64,000 bases of DNA, from NCBI GenBank assembly GCA_964016885.1, contig OZ024742.1, forward strand, positions 336,660,001-336,724,000, written 5' to 3'. Position numbers and translations under genes: made by a program. Positions 44,554-58,400 of the stretch are shown in pieces. The stretch's first letter is position 1; each line of letters begins with the position of its first letter. The notes beneath the pieces were generated by a model that ran no database searches, was not told where the DNA came from, and saw only the letters and a list, made by a program, of their open reading frames with translations. The DNA is from Eledone cirrhosa (Eukaryota).

Positions 44554-45145
44554 CTAGGAGTTACTGCAGGTTCACCCGGGTGAGCACTCGATGTTTAGGT
44601 TCACTACAGAATGTAATATATAGAAAGGATAAAAAGGACGATTGATTATTCCTTCATTGCATTTATTGATAGGTGACGCGTGTTTCGCCACTGATCAGCT
44701 CAAGGTTCGATCTATATCGATCCTACCCGACTCAATAATCCGCAGCTTGACGGACCTTCCCAAAATGCTATAAGAAAATGAAATACTGCTAGGTGATAAA
44801 GTCAAGAGTTTGACAAAATGAGTTGTTTTGATTGGTGGGAAGGGTCAAGGTGATGTACTGGCCTGTAGTGTATATGGGGGTGGGTGTGATGGTGAGATGT
44901 TGGTGACGATGGCCTTGACCCTTCCCACCAATCAAAACAACTCATTTTGTCAAACTCTTGAACATCTGACTTTATCACCTAGCAGTATTTCATTTTCTTA
45001 TAGCATTTTGGGAAGGTCCGTCGAGCAGAGGATTATTGAGTCGGGTAGGATCGATATAGATCGAACCTTGAGCTGATCAGTGGCGAAACGCGCGTCACCT
45101 ATCAATAAATGCAATGAAGGAATAATCAATCGTCCTTTTTATCCT

Positions 45146-45152
<7 letters not shown>
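44552..45152. mobile_element. Fold-back mini-PLE (family G) with an atypical HHR-like core
   Basis: Arms about 44617-44850 and 44913-45152; AGGT-CCGTCGA-GC...GC-GAAA-CGCGCG-TC-ACCT at 45014-45100. Confidence 0.8.
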
Positions 45153-45184
<32 letters not shown>

Positions 45185-46048
45185 TATATATATATATATA
45201 TATATTGCAGCTATGGAGATTTGACAGTTTTATGACCCTAACTGAAGCTGTTAGCAGTCGCTGTATTTCTGACTACTGGATCTTCATATGAGGGAATAAA
45301 CTCTGTGAGTGAACATTGCTAATTTTCTCCTCATATCAACAATTTGAAGACAATTCATTTTCACCTGATGAGATCAGTGATAATTGATCATGGGTTTACG
45401 ATCAATCTATCTCTTATTGAAACATGTGCCGTGATTAAAATGATTGGAATTTTAACTTGCCTTCAGATTTTCATTTTACTACTTATACTCCGTTTTACAT
45501 CATCTAGCTGTTCCCTTGAATGGAATTGGAGATATACAAAAGCGTGGAGAACTTTATATTGCTAACATAAAGTTATTGGACTATTTTACACAACCAATAA
45601 TACACCTTACTATATATATAAATATGGAACTGTCTGTACTCGCTTATTTTATTGTCTTCGCTCTTATTTTTCATTCATTCGTGTTTTTAGCCACACGGGA
45701 TTCTTTTTAAATTGATATGTTTTATCTTACGCCTCCGCCTTTTTCTATCTTTCTCCACTTACCCCACCCCTCTCTCTCTCTCTCTTCCTCTCTGTTCGTT
45801 GTGTCTCTCTTTTTAGGAGGCATCCAAACCAACTGAAGATAATCTTATTAACGTTTGCATATTCTCTATCTCTTCTCCTTTTTCTTGACTAATCTCTAAG
45901 TTGGGCCTCATCGATATTTTTTCAGTTGCTGATCATGGGCTTGTGGCAAATTTACTCTTATTTGTATGTAGTCTTTAAGACTACATTTTTGTCCTTTGTC
46001 CATTTGTTACTGTCCCTTGGGGACTAGAGCCAGTTGTCTTAGCTCATA

Positions 46049-46105
<57 letters not shown>

Positions 46106-46114
46106 CTGTTCTTA

Positions 46115-46285
46115 ACGGCATTTATTCCGGCTCTTTACGTCCTGAGTTCATATCCCATTCAGGTTAGCTTTGCCTTTCATCCTACCGAGGTCAATAAAAT
46201 AAGTACCAGTTAAGTACTCGGGTAGACATAATTGATGTTCCCTTCCACTAAAATTACCAGCTTTGCACCTAAAATAGAAACCACT
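46115..46285 (+). mobile_element. SINE copy running into a trinucleotide array
   Basis: GAGTTCATATCC B-box and GCCTTTCATCCTACCGAGGTCAATAAAATAAGTACCAG core. Confidence 0.75.
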
Positions 46286-46286
46286 G

Positions 46287-46338
<52 letters not shown>

Positions 46339-46350
46339 GAGCAGTAGCAG

Positions 46351-46385
<35 letters not shown>

Positions 46386-46422
46386 TAGTAGTAGCATGAG
46401 CAGCAGGAGCAGCAGAAGCAGC

Positions 46423-46463
<41 letters not shown>

Positions 46464-46511
46464 CAGCAGCTGCAGTAGTTGTAGTAGTAGTAGTTGTTGT
46501 TGTTGTTGCAA

Positions 46512-46580
<69 letters not shown>

Positions 46581-46650
46581 CATGAGCAGCAGGAGCAGCA
46601 GAAGCAGCAGCAGTAGTAGTAGTAGTAGTAGTAGCAGCAGCAGCAGCTGC

Positions 46651-46694
<44 letters not shown>

Positions 46695-46706
46695 GAGCAG
46701 TAGCAG

Positions 46707-46741
<35 letters not shown>

Positions 46742-46778
46742 TAGTAGTAGCATGAGCAGCAGGAGCAGCAGAAGCAGC

Positions 46779-46813
<35 letters not shown>

Positions 46814-46861
46814 CAGCAGCTGCAGTAGTTGTAGTAGTAGTAGTTGTTGTTGTTGTTGCAA

Positions 46862-46936
<75 letters not shown>

Positions 46937-47044
46937 CATGAGCAGCAGGAGCAGCAGAAGCAGCAGCAGTAGTAGTAGTAGTAGTAGTAGCAGCAGCAGC
47001 AGCTGCAGTAGTTGTAGTAGTAGTAGTTGTTGTTGTTGTTGCAA

Positions 47045-47095
<51 letters not shown>

Positions 47096-47209
47096 CATGA
47101 GCAGCAGGAGCAGCAGAAGCAGCAGCAGCAGTAGTAGTAGTAGTAGTAGTAGTAGCAGCAGCAGCAGCTGCAGTAGTTGTAGTTGTAGTAGTAGTTGTTG
47201 TTGTTGCAA

Positions 47210-47242
<33 letters not shown>

Positions 47243-47243
47243 T
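46286..47243. repeat. Compound (GTA/GCA/GTT)n array with a higher-order unit of about 160-185 bp
   Basis: Marker GCATGAGCAGCAGGAGCAGCAGAAGC recurs five times (about 46394, 46580, 46750, 46936, 47095). Confidence 0.9.
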
Positions 47244-47616
47244 GTCATTATATATTACCTGTTTTAGTAAAACTTTTATTTCAGATATATGCTGTTTGCT
47301 TGGCCATTGTTGTTGTTTGAAACCGCCATTGTCTGTGTTATTGGTGAGTAGTGCCACTCTTGAGTTAATATCTCATTTTTATCATTTCTTTTTTGTTAAA
47401 AATCCGTTCTTTAAAATATTTTCCGTTTAATTCAACGATAATCTATATTCGCTAATTGCAAATATTACAGCTCCTTTGTTTAACCATATATAGAAAAACG
47501 ATTAGTTGAATATCTCTCTCTCCCCCTCTCCCTCCTTTTCTCCATCGGTCCATCCATCTATCTACCCCCCCCCTCTCTCTCTCTTTTCTCTCTCTCTCTC
47601 TCTCTCTCTCTATAAT

Positions 47617-47832
47617 ATATATATATACACATACATATGTGTATGTGTATATATATATATATACACATACATATGTGTATGTGTATATATATATATATAC
47701 ACATACATATGTGTATGTGTGTATATATATATATATACACATACATATGTGTATGTGTATATATATATATATATACACATACATATGTGTATGTGTATAT
47801 ATATATATATATACACATACATATGTGTATGT
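47617..47832. repeat. About 34-38-bp tandem repeat built from AT/CA/GT microsatellite units
   Basis: About six copies of (AT)n-ACACATACATATGTGTATGTGT. Confidence 0.8.
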
Positions 47833-48207
47833 GTGTGTGTATTTATCTGTTTTTATATCTATCTATCTACCAGTCTACCTATTTATTTATGTATCTCTGA
47901 GCATAAATGGTCAATCAGTTTCATGTGTATATGTGTATGTGTGTGGGTGTATCTGTGTGTGTGTCTGTGTGTGTCTGTTTGTCTGTGTGTGTGTGCGTGT
48001 GTATGAGTGTGCATGCGTGTGCTATTTGTATGTGTATATATGTATAAAACTGTGTTTAAGCCGGATGTCTACTTTCAGGTGAAAATAATTTGAAGACCAC
48101 GGATTGTTGTCAAAATGGAGGAACATGCATGCTGGGAAGTTTCTGTGTCTGTCTTCAGTGAGTTGTCAACTTTCCATTAGAAAAATAATATTGTTATTAT
48201 TATTGTT

Positions 48208-48630
48208 GGAATGGCAGTATCGATAGAGCGTTGGACACCATGCTTCGCGGCATTGAGTTACGGCCCTTTGCGTTCTGATTTCAAATCTCGACGGGATCGA
48301 TAAAATAAAGTACCATTTAATCTACTTTCCCACTCCCCAAATTGTTGGATATATGTCTAAATCAGAAACCATTATTACACCGAGGTTAACTTTGCCTTTC
48401 ATCCTTACGGGGTCGATAAAATAAAGTACCAGTAATGCACTGGGTAATTTCTGGTCTTGTGCCTAAAGTAGAAACCATTATTACAAGAATTATTCTTAAT
48501 TCAATTCCAGCCGAAGTAAACTTTGCCTTTCATCCTCTCGGAGTCGATAAAAAAATACCAGTAAAATATTGGGTCGACACTATTGACTTTCATTTTTCCC
48601 AAATTGATGGCCTTGAGCCAATGTTAGAAT
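48208..48630 (+). mobile_element. Cluster of three tandem SINE copies or fragments
   Basis: Three occurrences of the TCGATAAAA..A.TACCA core, each followed by an AGAAACC/ATTATTACA-like end. Confidence 0.75.
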
Positions 48631-48700
48631 GAATTATTACAAGAATTAGATATATCTTGGAGAACATGCATAGAACATGCATATGTGTACTGTGTTTGTG

Positions 48701-48780
<80 letters not shown>

Positions 48781-48860
48781 GTGTGTGTGTGTGTGTGTGT
48801 GTGTTTGTGAGTGTGCGTGTGTGGGTGTAAACAGGATAACATAAGACTGATATATATATA

Positions 48861-48980
<120 letters not shown>

Positions 48981-49037
48981 TTTGTGAGTGTGCGTGTGGG
49001 GGTGTAAACAGGATAACATAAGACTGATATATATATA

Positions 49038-49088
<51 letters not shown>

Positions 49089-49424
49089 ATGTATGAGTGT
49101 GTGTGTGTGTGTGTGTACGTCATCATCTGTTACTCTAAGACTCTCCACTTTCTAACACAACCACTTCAGCTCTCCATTTCTATACTTCACCACCTCTCCA
49201 CCTCTCGACATTTCCTCTTCCCACTCTGTACCCCTCCTTTTCCCATTCTTATCTTTTAGCAATATATACTTCATTGTGTCATAAATAATTTTTAATTTCT
49301 GTTTCAATTTGAAAGTATTTACCTTAAGATAATGACCGTTATTTTCTAACTTATTCCATTAATTGCTTTCCCATTATAAATCTCGATTGGAAAATAATGT
49401 CACAAACACTACCACTACTGGCTT

Positions 49425-52400
49425 CAACACCAACACCAGCACTAACGCCAACATCAGCATCACAAACATTACAACCAACGTCAACATCAGCACCAACACC
49501 AACAACACCAACACCAGCACTAACGCCAACCTCAACATCACAAACATTACAACCAACGTCAACGTCAGCACCAACACCAACAACACCAATACCAACACCA
49601 ACGCCAACCTCAGCATCACAAACATTACAACCAACGTCAACGTCAGCACCAACACCAACAACACCAACACCAGCACTAACGCCAACCTCAGCATCACAAA
49701 CATTACAACCAACGTCAACGTCAGCACCAACACCAACAACACCAATACCAACACTAACGCCTACCTCAGCATCACAAACATTACAACCAACGTCAACGTC
49801 AGCACCAACACCAACAACACCAACACCAGCACTAACGCCAACCTCAGCATCACAAACATTACAACCAACGTCAACGTCAGCACCAACACCAACAACACCA
49901 ACACCAGCACTAACGCCAACCTCAGCATCACAAACATTACAACCAACGTCAACGTCAGCACCAACACCAACAACACCAATACCAACACTGACGCCAACCT
50001 CAGCATCACAAACATTACAACCAACGTCAACGTCAGCACCAACACCAACAACACCAACACCAGCACTAACGCCAACCTCAGCATCACAAACATTACAACC
50101 AACGTCAACGTCAGCACCAACATCAACAACACCAACACCAACACTAACGCCAACCTCAGCATCACAAACATTACAACCAACGTCAACGTCAGCACCAGCA
50201 CCAACAACACCAACACCAACACTAACGCCAACCTCAGCATCACAAACATTACAACCAACGTCAACGTCAGCACCAACACCAACAACACCAATACCAACAC
50301 TAACGCCAACCTCAGCATCACAAACATTACAACCAACGTCAACGTCAGTACCAACACAAACAACACCAATACCAACACTAACGCCAACCTCAGCATCACA
50401 AACATTACAACCAACGTCAACGTCAGCACCAACACCAACAACACCAATACCAACACTAACGCCAACCTCAGCATCACAAACATTACAACCAACGTCAACG
50501 TCAGCACCAACACCAACAACACCAATACCAGCACTAACGCCAACCTCAGCATCACAAACATTACAACCAACGTCAACGTCAGCACCAACACCAACAACAC
50601 CAACACTAACGCCAACCTCAGCATCACAAACATTACAACCAACGTCAACGTCAGCACCAACACCAACAACACCAACACCAGCACTGACGCCAACCTCAGC
50701 ATCACAAACATTACAACCAACGTCAACGTCAGCACCAACACCAACAACACCAACACCAACACTAACGCCAACCTTAGCATCACAAACATTACAACCAACG
50801 TCAACGTCAGCACCAACAGCAACAACACCAACACCAACACTAACGCCAACCTCAGCATCACAAACATTACAACCAACGTCAACGTCAGCACCAACACCAA
50901 CAACACCAATACCAACACTAACGCCAACCTCAGCATCACAAACATTACAACCAACGTCAACGTCAGCACCAACACCAACAACACCAACACCAGCACTAAC
51001 GCCAACCTAAGCATCACAAACATTACAACCAACGTCAACGTCAGCACCAACACCAACAACACCAACACCAGCACTAACGCCAACCTCAGCATCACAAACA
51101 TTACAACCAACGTCAACGTCAGCACCAACACCAACACTAACGCCAAACTCAGCTTCACAAACATTACAACCAACGTCAATGTCAGCACCAACACCAACAA
51201 CACCAATACCAACACTAACGCCAACCTCAGCATCACAAACATTACAACCAACGTCAACGTCAGCACCAACACCAACAACACCAACACCAGCACTAACGCC
51301 AACCTCAGCATCACAAACATTACAACCAACGTCAACGTCAGCACCAACACCAACAACACCAACACCAGCACTAACGCCAGCCTCAGCATCACAAACATTA
51401 CAACCAACGTCAACGGCAGCACCAGCACCAACACCAACAACAGCACTAACGCCAACCTCAGCATCACAAACATTACAACCAACGTCAACGTCAGCACCAA
51501 CACCAACAACACCAACACCAGCACTAACGCCAACCTCAGCATCACAAACATTACAACCAACGTCAACGTCAGCACCAACACCAACAACACCAACACCAGC
51601 ACTAACGCCAGCCTCAGCATCACAAACATTACAACCAACGTCAGCACCAGCACCAACACCAACACCAGCACTAACGCCAACCTCAGCATCACAAACATTA
51701 CAACCAACGTCAACGTCAGCACCAACACCAACAACACCAATACCAACACTAACGCCAACCTCAGCATCACAAACATTACAACCAACGTCAACGTCAGCAC
51801 CAACACCAACAACACCAATACCAACACTAACGCCAACCTCAGCATCACAAACATTACAACCAACGTCAACGTCAGCACCAACACCAACAACACCAACACC
51901 AGCACTAACGCCAGCCTCAGCATCACAAACATTACAACCAACGTCAACGGCAGCACCAGCACCAACACCAACAACAGCACTAACGCCAACCTCAGCATCA
52001 CAAACATTACAACCAACGTCAACGTCAGCACCAACACCAACAACACCAACACCAGCACTAACGCCAACCTCAGCATCACAAACATTACAACCAACGTCAA
52101 CGTCAGCACCAACACCAACAACACCAACACCAGCACTAACGCCAGCCTCAGCATCACAAACATTACAACCAACGTCAGCACCAGCACCAACACCAACACC
52201 AGCACTAACGCCAACCTCAGCATCACAAACATTACAACCAACGTCAACGTCAGCACCAACACCAACAACACCAATACCAACACTAACGCCAACCTCAGCA
52301 TCACAAACATTACAACCAACGTCAACGTCAGCACCAACACCAACAACACCAACACCAGCACTAACGCCAGCCTCAGCATCACAAACATTACAACCAACGT

Positions 52401-55400
52401 CAGCACCAGCACCAACACCAACACCAGCACTAACGCCAACCTCAGCATCACAAACATTACAACCAACGTCAACGTCAGCACCAACACCAACAACACCAAT
52501 ACCAACACTAACGCCAACCTCAGCATCACAAACATTACAACCAACGTCAACGTCAGCACCAACACCAACAACACCAATACCAACACTAACGCCAACCTCA
52601 GCATCACAAACATTACAACCAACGTCAACGTCAGCACCAACACCAACAACACCAACACCAACACTAACGCCAACCTCAGCATCACAAACATTACAACCAA
52701 CGTCAACGTCAGCACCAACACCAACAACACCAACACCAGCACTAACGCCAACCTCAGCATGACAAACATTACAACCAACGTCAACGTCAGCACCAATACC
52801 AACAACAACAACACCAACACTAACGCCAACCTCAGCATCACAAACATTACAACCAACGTCAACGTCAACACCAACAACACCAACACCAACACTAACGCCA
52901 ACCTCAGCATCACAAACATTACAACCAACGTCAACGTCAGCACCAACACCAACAACACCAACACCAGCACTAACGCCAACCTCAGCATCACAAACATTAC
53001 AACGTCAGCACCAACACCAACAACACCAACACCAAAACTAACGCCAACCTCAGCATCACAAACATTACAACCAACGTCAACGTCAGCACCAACACCAACA
53101 ACACCAATACCAACACTAACGCCAACCTCAGCATCACAAACATTACAACCAACGTCAACGTCAGCACCAACACCAACAACACCAATACCAACACTAACGC
53201 CAACCTCAGCATCACAAACATTACAACCAACGTCAACGTCAGCACCAACACCAACAACACCAATACCAACACTAACGCCAACCTCAGCATCACAAACATT
53301 ACAACCAACGTCAACGTCAGCACCAACACCAACAACACCAACACCAACACTAACGCCAACCTCAGCATCACAAACATTACAACCAACGTCAACGTCAGCA
53401 CCAACACCAACAACACCAACACCAGCACTAACGCCAACCTCAGCATCACAAACATTACAACCAACGTCAACGTCAGCACCAACACCAACAACTCCAACAC
53501 CAACACTAACGCCAACCTCAGCATCACAAACATTACAACCAACGTCAACGTCAGCATCAACAGCAACAACACCAACACCAACACTAACGCCAACCTCAGC
53601 ATCACAAACATTACAACCAACGTCAACGTCAGCACCAACACCAACAACACCAACACCAGCACTAACGCCAACCTCAGCATCACAAACATTACAACCAACT
53701 TTAACGTCAGCACCAACACCAACAACACCAACACCAGCACTAACGCCAACCTCAGCATCACAAACATTACAACCAACGTCAACGTCAGCACCAACACCAA
53801 CAACACCAATATCAACACTAACGCCAACCTCAGCATCACAAACGTTACAACCAACGTCAACGTCAGCACCAACACCAACAACACCAACACCAGCACTAAC
53901 GCCAACCTAAGCATCACAAACATTACAACCAACGTCAACGTCAGCACCAACACCAGCAACACCAACACCAGCACTAACGCCAACCTCAGCATCACAAACA
54001 TTACAACCAACGTCAACGTCAGCACCAACACCAACAACACCAACACCAGCACTAACGCCAACCTCAGCATCACAAACATTACAACCAACGTCAACGTCAG
54101 CACCAACACCAACAACACCAACACCAGCACTAACGCCAACCTCAGCATCACAAACATTACAACCAACGTCAACGTCAGCACCAACACCAACAACACCAAC
54201 ACCAGCACTAACGCCAACCTCAGCATCACAAACATTACAACCAACGTCAACGTCAACACCAACAACACCAACACCAACACTAACGCCAACCTCAGCATCA
54301 CAAACATTACAACCAACGTCAACGTCAGCACCAACACCAACAACACCAACACCAACACTAACGCCAACCTCAGCATCACAAACATTAATACAACGTCAAC
54401 GTCAGCACCAACACCAACAACACCAACACCAGTACTAACGCCAACCTCAGCATCACAAACATTACAACCAACGTCAACGTCAGCACCAACACCAACAACA
54501 CCAACACCAACACATACGCCAACCTCAGCATCACAAACATTACAACCAACGTCAACGTCAGCACCAACACCAACAACACCAACACCAGCACTAACGCCAA
54601 CCTCAGCATCACAAACATTACAACCAACGTCAACGTCAGCACCAACACCAACAACACCAACACCAGCACTAACGCCAACCTCAGCATCACAAACATTACA
54701 ACCAACGTCAACGTCAGCACCAACACCAGCAACACCAATACCAACACTAACGCCAACCTCAGCATCACAAACATTACAACCAACGTCAACGTCAGCACCA
54801 ACAGCAACAACACCAACACTAACACTAACGCCAACCTCAGCATCACAAACATTACAACCAACGTCAACGTCAGCACCAACAACAACAACACCAACACCAA
54901 CACTAACGCCAACCTCAGCATCACAAACATTACAACCAACGTCAACGTCAGCACCAACACCAACAACACCAACACTAACGCCAACCTCAGCATCACAAAC
55001 ATTACAACCAACGTCAACGTCAGCACCAACACCAACAACACCAACACCAGCACTAACGCCAACCTCAGCATCACAAACATTACAACCAACGTCAACGTCA
55101 GCACCAACACCAACAACACCAACACCAACACTAACGCCAACCTCAGCATCACAAACATTACAACCAACGTCAACGTCAGCACCAACACCAACAACACCAA
55201 CACCAGCACTAACGCCAACCTCAGCATCACAAACATTACAACCAACGTCAACGTCAGCACCAACACCAACAACACCAACACCAACACTAACGCCAACCTC
55301 AGCATCACAAACATTACAACCAACGTCAACGTCAGCACCAACACCAACACTAACGCCAACCTCAGCATCACAAACATTACAACCAACGTCAACGTCAGCA

Positions 55401-58400
55401 CCAACACCAACAACACCAACACCAGCACTAACGCCAACCTCAGCATCACAAACATTACAACCAACGTCAACGCCAGCACCAACACCAACAACACCAACAC
55501 CAACACTAACGCCAACCTCAGCATCACAAACATTACAACCAACGTCAACGTCAGCACCAACACCAACAACACCAATACCAACACTAACGCCAACCTCAGC
55601 ATCACTAACATTACAACCAACGTCAACGTCAGCACCAACACCAACAACACCAATACCAACACTAACGCCAACCTCAGCATCACAAACATTACAACCAACG
55701 TCAACGTCAGCACCAACACCAACAACACCAATACCAACACTAACGCCAACCTCAGCATCACAAACATTACAACCAACGTCAACGTCAGCACCAACACCAA
55801 CAACACCAACACCAACACTAACGCCAACCTCAGCATCACAAACATTACAACCAACGTCAACGTCAGCACCAACACCAACAACACCAACACCAGCACTAAC
55901 GCCAACCTCAGCATCACAAACATTACAACCAACGTCAACGTCAGCACCAACATCAACAACACCAATACCAACACTAACGCCAACCTCAGCATCACAAACA
56001 TTACAACCAACGTCAACGTCAGCACCAACACCAACAACACCAACACTAACGCCAACCTCAGCATCACAAACATTACAACCAACGTCAACGTCAGCACCAA
56101 CACCAACAACACCAACACCAACAACACCAACACCAGCACTAACGCCAACCTCAGCATCACACACATTACAACCAACGTCAACGTCAGCACCAACACCAAC
56201 AACACCAACACCAACACTAACGCCAACCTCAGCATCACAAACGTTACAACCAACGTTAACGTCAGCACCAACACCACAACACCAACACCAGCACTAACGC
56301 CAACCTCAGCATCACAAACATTACAACGAACGTCAACGTCAGCACCAACACCAACAACACCAACACCATCACTAACGCTAACCTCAGCATCAGAAACATT
56401 ACAACCAACGTCAACGTCAGCACCAACACCAACAACACCAACACCAGCACTAACGCCAACCTCAGCATCACAAACATTACAACCAACGTCAACGTCAGCA
56501 CCAACACCAACAACACCAACACCAGCACTAACGCCAACCACAGCATCACAAACATTACAACCAACGTCAACGTCAGCACCAACACCAGCAACACCAATAC
56601 CAACACTAACGCCAACCTCAGCATCACAAACATTACAACCAACGTCAACGTCAGCACCAACAGCAACAACACCAACACTAACACTAACGCCAACCTCAGC
56701 ATCACAAACATTACAACCAACGTCAACGTCAGCACCAACACCAACAACACCAACACCAGCACTAACGCCAACCTCAGCATCACAAACATTACAACCAACG
56801 TCAACGTCAGCACCAACACCAACAACACCAACACCAGCACTAACGCCAACCTCAGCATCACAAACATTACAACCAACGTCAACGTCAGCACCAACACCAA
56901 CAACACCAACACCAGCACTAACGCCAACCTCAGCATCACAAACATTACAACCAACGTCAACGTCAGCACCAACACCAGCAACACCAACACCAACACTAAC
57001 GCCAACCTCAGCATCACAAACATTACAACCAACGTCAACGTCAGCACCAACACCAACAACACCAACACCAACACTAACGCCAACCTCAGCATCACAAACA
57101 TTACAACCAACGTCAACGTCAGCACCAACACCAACAACACCAACACCAGTACTAACGCCAACCTCAGCATCACAAACATTACAACCAACGTCAACGTCAG
57201 CACCAACACCAACAACACGAACACCAACACATACGCCAACCTCAGCATCACAAACATTACAACCAACGTCAACGTCAGCACCAACACCAACAACACCAAC
57301 ACCAGCACTAACGCCAACCTCAGCATCACAAACATTACAACCAACGTCAACGTCAGCACCAACACCAACAACACCAACACCAACACTAACGCCAACCTCA
57401 GCATCACAAACATTACAACCAACGTCAACGTCAGCACCAACACCAACAACACCAACACCAGCACTAACGCCAACCTCAGCATCACAAGCATTACAACCAA
57501 CGTCAACATAAGCACCAACACCAACAACACCAATACCAGCACTAACGCCAACCTCAGCATCACAAGCATTACAACCAACGTCAACGTCAGCACCAACACC
57601 AACAACACCAATACCAACACTAACGCCAACCTCAGCATCACAAACGTTACAACCAACGTCAACGTCAGCACCAACAACACCAATACCAGCACTAACGCCA
57701 ACCTCAGCATCACAAACATTACAACCAACGTCAACGTCAGCACCAACACCAACAACACCAATACCAGCACTAGCGCCAACCTCAGCATCACAAACATTAC
57801 AACCAACGTCAACGTCAGCACCAACACCAACAACACCAACACCAACACTAACGCCAACCTAAGCATCACAAACATTACAACCAACGTCAACGTCAGCATC
57901 AACACCAACAACACCAATACCAACACTAACGCCAACCTCAGCATCACAAACATTACAAACCAACGTCAACGTCAGCACCAACACCACCAACACCAACACT
58001 AACGCCAACCTCAGCATCACAAACATTACAACCAACGTCAACGTCAGCACCAACACCAACAACACCAACACCAGCACTAACGCCAACCTCAGCATCACAC
58101 ACATTACAACCAACGTCAACGTCAGCACCAACACCAACAACACCAACACCAACACTAACGCCAACCTCAGCATCACAAACGTTACAACCAACGTTAACGT
58201 CAGCACCAACACCACAACACCAACACCAGCACTAACGCCAACCTCAGCATCACAAACATTACAACCAACGTCAACGTCAGCACCAACACCAACAACACCA
58301 ACACCAGCACTAACGCCAACCTCAGCATGACAAACATTACAACCAACGTCAACGTCAGCACCAACACCAACAACACCAACACCAGCACTAACGCTAACCT

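Noticed and set aside
44552-44582. Helitron 3' end on the minus strand (CCCGGGTGAACC...CTAG)
   Set aside because: The hairpin is incomplete and the segment falls within the tail of the fold-back element; not enough for a separate call.
45211-45304. Signal-peptide-like coding exon (LKLLAVAVFLTTGSS) between AG and GTGAGT
   Set aside because: An in-frame TAA lies immediately upstream, all three frames contain stops, and the acceptor has no pyrimidine tract.
46148-47357. Poly-Leu/Thr/Ala/Ser ORFs of about 360 aa
   Set aside because: Products of the compound trinucleotide array next to a SINE.
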